From the NCBI GenBank assembly GCA_026394935.1, contig JAPLZR010000081.1, forward strand, positions 4,178 through 39,606: 35,429 nucleotides of DNA, written 5' to 3'. The notes under the pieces are model-generated. The model did no database searches, was not told the origin of the DNA, and saw only the letters and a list, made by a program, of their open reading frames with translations. Of the stretch, positions 31,173-35,429 are shown one piece after another. The DNA is from Candidatus Woesearchaeota archaeon. Its GTDB lineage: Archaea > Nanobdellota > Nanobdellia > Woesearchaeales > ARS49. A program made the translations under genes and the position numbers. Position 1 is the first letter of the stretch. The number at the start of each line of letters is the position of its first letter.

Positions 31173-31855
31173 GCTATTCCTAAGTGCTTATGCGTGTCTA
31201 TCGTTTTAAATAATGCCTTTTCGTCATTCCAGGAATAAACTATCCTGTGATCTCCCATTGGGTGGGGTAAATCTGCGTGCCTCCATCCTCTCCACAGGCC
31301 TGTTTTGATTTTCTGTGTGACTCCTGGAACATCAAACCAGCCCTTTGAAACATAAAACAGGATTTTTTCTTCAACTGCAGTTATTCTTTCTTTATATTGT
31401 GAATAAAGATTATCTTTTTCTTTAAGTTTGGCATATTCAGGCGAATATTCAAATGGTGGCAGTATCTGTGATTGAACTGGTGTTTTCAGGAAATCACTCA
31501 TTCTTTCTAATAAAGAGCCAATCACGTCTTTTTTTTCTTTAAAAACACAGGATAGTAATTCTTTCCAGGTTTCAGGATCTTCGGCAAAGGTCTGGTCGGT
31601 TATGTTTAGCTCTTTGTCAGCCAGTAATTTGAACTCTATCAATGCAGTTTGTACTGTCTGCCATGCGTCCTTTATTTGATTTGCACCATCTTCTTCAAGA
31701 CTTTGAATGATGGCAGGAATAATTACCCTAAGTTCATTAAAAATCTTGAATGCAAATTCTAATGTATTTTTTGCTTGTTCAATTTTTCCATCAATTAAAC
31801 GTCCATAAAATTCTTCCAGTGATTCTTTAAGCAAATTCACTTCTTTTACTTTCAT
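31169..31855 (-). CDS. Helical N-terminal domain fused to a RelE/YafQ-like C-terminal domain
   Basis: 228 aa from the ATG at 31855 (the ORF track extends to GTG 31918, but TTTTTATAAAAA sits about 25 nt upstream of 31855). The C-terminus LWRGWRHADLPHPMGDHRIVYSWNDEKALFKTIDTHKHLG follows the RelE/YafQ pattern. Confidence 0.6.
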   Translation of the reverse strand: MKVKEVNLLKESLEEFYGRLIDGKIEQAKNTLEFAFKIFNELRVIIPAIIQSLEEDGANQIKDAWQTVQTALIEFKLLADKELNITDQTFAEDPETWKELLSCVFKEKKDVIGSLLERMSDFLKTPVQSQILPPFEYSPEYAKLKEKDNLYSQYKERITAVEEKILFYVSKGWFDVPGVTQKIKTGLWRGWRHADLPHPMGDHRIVYSWNDEKALFKTIDTHKHLGIA

Positions 31856-31906
31856 ATTCGACGTTTTAGAAGAAGTTTTTATAAAAAACTTGTCATTTTT
31901 CAAACA

Positions 31907-32103
31907 TCGAGAATCCACCAGTCTATGACTGGTGGTTTACTATGTGCAAACCACAATAGGGTGGATTCTCGAGTGTGCTCAAGAACCACCGTGCCGTATC
32001 GCGTCATTATGCAGCATTCGCTTCATGCCACCGGTCACTTGAAAACGAAGTTTTCAAGTTCGTCAGAAACTTTGTTTCTGAGATATTGACCGGTGGTTCT
32101 TGA
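31907..32103. other. Densely palindromic non-coding block (candidate structured RNA or protein-binding/recombination site)
   Basis: 13-bp perfect stem 31907-31919/31960-31972 encloses hairpins 31920-31930 and 31932-31954. 13-bp perfect stem 31979-31991/32091-32103 encloses a 10-bp hairpin (32037-32059, loop GAA) and an 8-bp hairpin (32063-32081, loop TTT). The motif CCACC(A/G)GTC / GAC(T/C)GGTGG recurs. Confidence 0.6.
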
Positions 32104-32116
32104 CAAGCAGCCATAA

Positions 32117-32133
32117 TCGAGCACCATTGCACT
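32117..32133 (+). repeat. Short direct repeat R1, copy b
   Basis: tcgagcaccattgcact is identical to 30519-30535. Confidence 0.5.
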
Positions 32134-32230
32134 AAAAGTTCGTCCTCTTTTCATTCGGAGAGCATAATGGCGATTTTTCGACTACTCTTGGTTGCACTCT
32201 CGTTCCACCCAAATCCGCCTACGGCGTGTA

Positions 32231-32244
32231 CGTTTAATATCTGT
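32231..32244 (+). repeat. Short direct repeat R2, copy b
   Basis: cgtttaatatctgt is identical to 29904-29917. Confidence 0.4.
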
Positions 32245-32310
32245 AATATAAGTAATAGAACATAAATATTAAAGTGTACTTATCTTTATGTGGTTTGGTG
32301 GGGGGTTTGA

Positions 32311-32469
32311 ATGGAAAACGAAATCTGTCCGACCATTGTTAAACTGCTGGACGAGCAGTATGTTGTTTATTTGAAGGAAGTGCCTTCTCGTGTTTTGGCT
32401 GGGGGAAAAGCGCAGTCTACTTGTGTGCGCGCGTTTGTTAGAAAGCTTTACCCGCCTGCGCTTGAGTAG
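32311..32469 (+). CDS. Possible 52-aa protein (below the ORF-track cutoff)
   Basis: MENEICPTIVKLLDEQYVVYLKEVPSRVLAGGKAQSTCVRAFVRKLYPPALE. GGTGGGGGG lies 6 nt upstream and a TATA-like CATAAATATTAAA about 40 nt upstream. The 3' end overlaps the convergent permease gene by 22 nt. Confidence 0.3.
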   Translation: MENEICPTIVKLLDEQYVVYLKEVPSRVLAGGKAQSTCVRAFVRKLYPPALE

Positions 32470-33233
32470 CTTTTTATTGCGTGTCTCCAGAGCATTAGTG
32501 ATGCGATGAAGAATGCTGCTACTGGCAGGAGTGTTATTAGCAGCATTTTTGCTGTTACTCCGCTGATGAGTGCTTGTGCTGGGTAGAAACTGCTGACTGC
32601 TATGGGAAATAAAAACGTGAGTGCGAACCTTATTCCTGTGCCGTAAACGTTCAGTGGGTATCTTGCGAAGTCTGTGATTTTTGAGTATAGGAATTCGAGT
32701 GCTTCGCTTTTTACTGCTATGAATCCCATGCTTGATATGATTATGTTTGCTGACAGGTGCACGAAGTAGCCTGCTATTACGAGTATGATGTACGCGAGTG
32801 TTGCGAGTGTGAAGAATGGTATGCCGATTTGCATTGCTGAGTGTATGACTATTGCTAGTCCTACGATGATTTCTGCTATGCCGTAGTGGTCTGTTGTTAG
32901 TGCGAGCAGATACAAAAGTGTTGGGTATGGTTTCAATAAATACTGGTCGAATTCTCCTTCGTTTATCGCGTCCAATACCCACCAGGATAGTGTGAATGCT
33001 GATGTTCTTGCTAGCCCCATTACGAGTATTAGTGTTCCTTGGAACAGCATTAGTTGGCTGAAGGTCCATCCTGGAAGTCCTGATGTTGTGTTGTAGATGA
33101 ACAGTGTGACTAGTGGTCCTATTAGGTCTGAGAATACTACTGAGATTGTTTTGATGAGAAAGTCGTATTTGTATGCTAAGTCTCTCATTATCCAGATTCC
33201 TGCGCACCGCCGTAATAGCTTGAAATATTTCAC
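32448..33233 (-). CDS. ABC-2 family transporter permease
   Basis: 261 aa polytopic membrane protein, GTG start overlapping the upstream permease stop (GTGA). Third gene of the ATPase-permease-permease operon. Confidence 0.8.
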   Translation of the reverse strand: MKYFKLLRRCAGIWIMRDLAYKYDFLIKTISVVFSDLIGPLVTLFIYNTTSGLPGWTFSQLMLFQGTLILVMGLARTSAFTLSWWVLDAINEGEFDQYLLKPYPTLLYLLALTTDHYGIAEIIVGLAIVIHSAMQIGIPFFTLATLAYIILVIAGYFVHLSANIIISSMGFIAVKSEALEFLYSKITDFARYPLNVYGTGIRFALTFLFPIAVSSFYPAQALISGVTAKMLLITLLPVAAFFIASLMLWRHAIKSYSSAGG

Positions 33234-34030
33234 AGTCCCACGCTCGCGTATCTTTTAATTGCTCTTTTCCATATCAAATGCGCGATGAAATAGATGATTG
33301 CTATCCAGAGTAATTGTATGGCGAGTGATTTGATTATCATCGCTTTTGTTATCGTGCCCAAATAAATGGTGATTGGGACGAATTTTGTGTACTCGAATGG
33401 CAGGTAGTGGAAGATTGTTTGCGACCACGCCGGGAATAGTGTTAGTGGTATGAAGCTTCCGCTGAAGAATCCGAGTGTTGCTCTTCTTAGTCTTCTTAGT
33501 CCTGCTATTCTTTTGAGCCAGAATGCTGTTAGTCCGAGGCAGTACGTCATTCCGAAGTATATGAAGAACGCGAATACGATTGATATGAGGAAGGCTATTG
33601 TGTTGAATGCTGTTGTTGTTCTTAGTCCGAAGAATACGAAGCCTATCAAAAACACTGGTATCATCTGCCATAGTATGTTCATCAGGTTTATTCCTATTTC
33701 GAATGACATGTACCAGGTTATGAATGAGATTGGTTTTAGGAGTCCTGTTATCATTCTTCCCCAGATGAGGTCGTTTTCCATCCATTTGTCGACTTCTGAC
33801 CAGGTGACGAATCCTACTATCATGCTTAGGATGTAGTAGTTTACCATTTCTGGGAATGCGAATCCGCCTACGGTTGCTGTTCCCATGTATGCGTAGATTG
33901 ATTTCCATAGAAAGTAGTAGATTATCAGGGAGATGGGCGTGCTTAGCATCATGACGATGCCTTCAAATCTGTATGCGCTCCATACTTTTATGCCTGCTTT
34001 GGCAAATGCCCAGTTGCCTTGTAGGTTCAT
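33230..34030 (-). CDS. ABC-2 family transporter permease
   Basis: 266 aa polytopic membrane protein, starting 2 nt after the ATPase stop. Confidence 0.8.
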   Translation of the reverse strand: MNLQGNWAFAKAGIKVWSAYRFEGIVMMLSTPISLIIYYFLWKSIYAYMGTATVGGFAFPEMVNYYILSMIVGFVTWSEVDKWMENDLIWGRMITGLLKPISFITWYMSFEIGINLMNILWQMIPVFLIGFVFFGLRTTTAFNTIAFLISIVFAFFIYFGMTYCLGLTAFWLKRIAGLRRLRRATLGFFSGSFIPLTLFPAWSQTIFHYLPFEYTKFVPITIYLGTITKAMIIKSLAIQLLWIAIIYFIAHLIWKRAIKRYASVGL

Positions 34031-34032
34031 TT

Positions 34033-35007
34033 TTATTCCTTGTAGATTTTCTTGATGATTTCTTCTATTGGTGGGTCTGTGACTGTGATGTCTGCTACGT
34101 CAAAGTTTTGGAGGAGGTAGTTGATTAGTTGTTGTACTGGTTTTTTGCTGGTGTCAAGCTCGAGTTTCAGCATGTATCCTTGTTTTTCGAGGACTTTGCA
34201 TCCTTTGAACTTGAACGGTCCGACTTTTCCTGACAGTTTTACTTCTATGTGTTTGTCAGTGATGTATTTTTTCTTGATGTCTTCGAGAGGTCCGTCGTAG
34301 ATTATTTGTCCGTGGTTGATGATTATGATTCTTTTGCAGAGTTTTTCTATGTCTTGCATGTCGTGTGTTGTGACGATGAATGTTGTTTTGTATTTTTTGT
34401 TGACTTTGAGTACGAAGTCTCTGAACTTGTCTTTTGCGATTACGTCTAGCCCTATTGTCGGCTCGTCGAGGAATACGAGTGGCGGGTTGTGGAGTAGTGC
34501 GTTGATTATTTCGCATCTCATTCTTTCTCCTAGTGATAGTTCTCTGACTGGTGATTTGATGACTTCTTCTACTTCAAGGAGTGAAATCATTTCTTTGAGT
34601 CTTTTCGTGAATTCTGAGTCAGGCGTTCCGTAGATGTCTTTGTTCATGTAGAATGAGTCTATTGGCGGCAGGTCCCATATCATTTGGGTTTTTTGTCCGA
34701 ATACTACTCCTATGTGGGCTACGTATTTTATCCTGTTTTCCCAGGGCGTCATTCCTATGATGTTTGCTTCTCCGCTGTCCGGCCATAGGAGTCCTGATAG
34801 AATTTTTACTAGTGTTGATTTTCCTGCGCCGTTTGGTCCTATTAAGCCGACTATTTCTCCTTTTTCTATGTCGAGGCTTGCGTTTTTGAGCGCTTCTTTT
34901 ATGGTGTATTTTCTGCTGAAGAGTGATTTGATTGCTTCAAGGACTCCTTGTTCTCTTTTGTATACTTTGAAGGTTTTGCGCAGGTCTTTGACGTGTATTA
35001 TTGGCAT
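34033..35007 (-). CDS. ABC transporter ATP-binding protein
   Basis: 324 aa from the ATG at 35007, with GGGTGA upstream; the longer ORF-track N-terminus looks non-coding. Walker A GPNGAGKST, signature LSLGERMR, Walker B LVFLDEPTIGLD, H-loop TTHD. Confidence 0.92.
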   Translation of the reverse strand: MPIIHVKDLRKTFKVYKREQGVLEAIKSLFSRKYTIKEALKNASLDIEKGEIVGLIGPNGAGKSTLVKILSGLLWPDSGEANIIGMTPWENRIKYVAHIGVVFGQKTQMIWDLPPIDSFYMNKDIYGTPDSEFTKRLKEMISLLEVEEVIKSPVRELSLGERMRCEIINALLHNPPLVFLDEPTIGLDVIAKDKFRDFVLKVNKKYKTTFIVTTHDMQDIEKLCKRIIIINHGQIIYDGPLEDIKKKYITDKHIEVKLSGKVGPFKFKGCKVLEKQGYMLKLELDTSKKPVQQLINYLLQNFDVADITVTDPPIEEIIKKIYKE

Positions 35008-35112
35008 TGCTTCACCCTTTTTGGTATGAGCCTGTTTGGAACTACTTAAATTTTGCTGAAAACCGTAAATATTATATTTAAGCGGCAAATTCAGTACTCT
35101 TGGGTGGTCAGT

Positions 35113-35429
35113 ATGAAAGAAATGCATTATGGTTTTTTCAGGAAATGGAAGGATTTCTTTGTGCATCCGTCAGAGATGTTTGAGTCTTTGCTTTTGGAGC
35201 CGGTTGAAAGGACTGCTACGATTATTGTTCCTCAGCTTTTGATTTTGTTCGTGCTTAATTATTTTGTATACACGATGGGGGATTATACTGCGTTTGCTAA
35301 CCTTCTGCCTAATTATTTTCAGAATCTGGGGTTTTCCTTTATTTTGATATTGGTGGCTTCGTATTTCTTCTTTATGCACGGTTTTATGAGATTGCTTGGC
35401 GGTTCTGGCTCGATGGCTGATACTTTTGC
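35113..35429 (+). CDS. 3'-truncated membrane protein (Yip1-domain-like), absent from the ORF track
   Basis: ATG at 35113, open to the window end: MKEMHYGFFRKWKDFFVHPSEMFESLLLEPVERTATIIVPQLLILFVLNYF... Hydrophobic segments and plus-strand codon style. The competing minus-strand ORF 35170-35379 is K/N/R low-complexity. Confidence 0.5.
   Translation, partial: MKEMHYGFFRKWKDFFVHPSEMFESLLLEPVERTATIIVPQLLILFVLNYFVYTMGDYTAFANLLPNYFQNLGFSFILILVASYFFFMHGFMRLLGGSGSMADTF

Noticed and set aside
31907-32103. Chromosomal replication origin with ORB-like elements, because of the inverted CCACC(A/G)GTC / GAAAC-containing repeats.
   Set aside because: There is no adjacent orc1/cdc6 gene and no obvious AT-rich unwinding element between the repeats. 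The match to known ORB or mini-ORB consensus is poor. It is retained only as one hypothesis (a plasmid or viral origin or att site) under the palindromic-block finding.
32108-32230. Possible 5S rRNA, RNase P or SRP RNA, or tRNA in the non-coding stretch (for example gcagccataatcgagcacc, reminiscent of the 5S 5' end).
   Set aside because: The conserved cores are absent on both strands: the 5S loop/helix motifs, the RNase P GGAAAGUCC/ACAGAA motifs, the SRP helix-8 motif, and the tRNA T-loop GGTTCRANYCC. No convincing terminal helix could be drawn. An Infernal scan is needed to be sure.
32269-33207. 312-aa minus-strand ORF rich in R/N/H/T. Similar long ORFs lie at 26992-27684, 33255-33908, 16199-16600, 34256-34516, 8631-9185, 2389-2823 and 17937-18470.
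   Set aside because: All overlap, out of frame or antisense, genes with clear family signatures. Their low-complexity K/R/N/S/L composition is the expected by-product of the strong T/G bias of real coding strands in this window.
1-35429. CRISPR arrays, rRNA or tRNA genes, IS elements or transposases, integrases.
   Set aside because: No regularly spaced short repeats, no T-loop or anticodon-stem candidates in the intergenic regions, and no DDE, tyrosine- or serine-recombinase motifs were seen in any ORF. The absence was judged by eye only.

Overview
AT-rich, very gene-dense archaeal chromosome segment. Genes often abut or overlap by 1-8 nt, and TATA-box promoters of the form RRNNTTTATAWAG lie about 25-50 nt upstream of starts. 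Archaeal markers are a Pfu-type family B DNA polymerase and ribosomal protein L15e. By eye it fits an uncultivated small-genome (DPANN-like) archaeon; taxonomy and GC content were not computed. Coding strands are T/G-rich, so long K/R/N-rich spurious ORFs appear antisense to real genes. In order: a truncated receiver-like protein and polB; a 1-kb RelE-like toxin plus two winged-helix genes inserted in the polB 3' end; L15e; a 530-aa membrane protein coupled to a 1,912-aa surface protein; a YkgJ / Cys-rich peptide / B12-radical-SAM cluster; a wHTH, a DUF3467-like gene and grpE-dnaK-(52-aa ORF)-dnaJ; a secreted beta-carbonic anhydrase with a PGF-CTERM-like tail; a minus-strand cluster of a 115-aa protein, a Hanks Ser/Thr kinase, an atypical kinase-like protein and a helical protein; a membrane protein plus wHTH; YdeI; a wHTH-nucleotidyltransferase/HEPN pair; a small islet with a RelE-like fusion protein and a densely palindromic non-coding block; and an ABC-2 transporter operon. 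No rRNA, tRNA, CRISPR array, transposase or integrase was recognised. Main leads: (1) a 52-bp direct repeat duplicates the polB 3' end around the toxin-antitoxin-like cassette; (2) a 218-bp repeat, about 90% identical, duplicates the kinase C-terminal tail behind the neighbouring kinase-like gene in the -1 frame, with a second echo of the gene-junction sequence; (3) a roughly 200-bp block of nested perfect inverted repeats sits inside a segment bounded by nested short direct repeats; (4) the surface protein has a pentapeptide-type repeat region loaded with N-glycosylation sequons. All functional calls rest on motifs read by eye and need profile searches.
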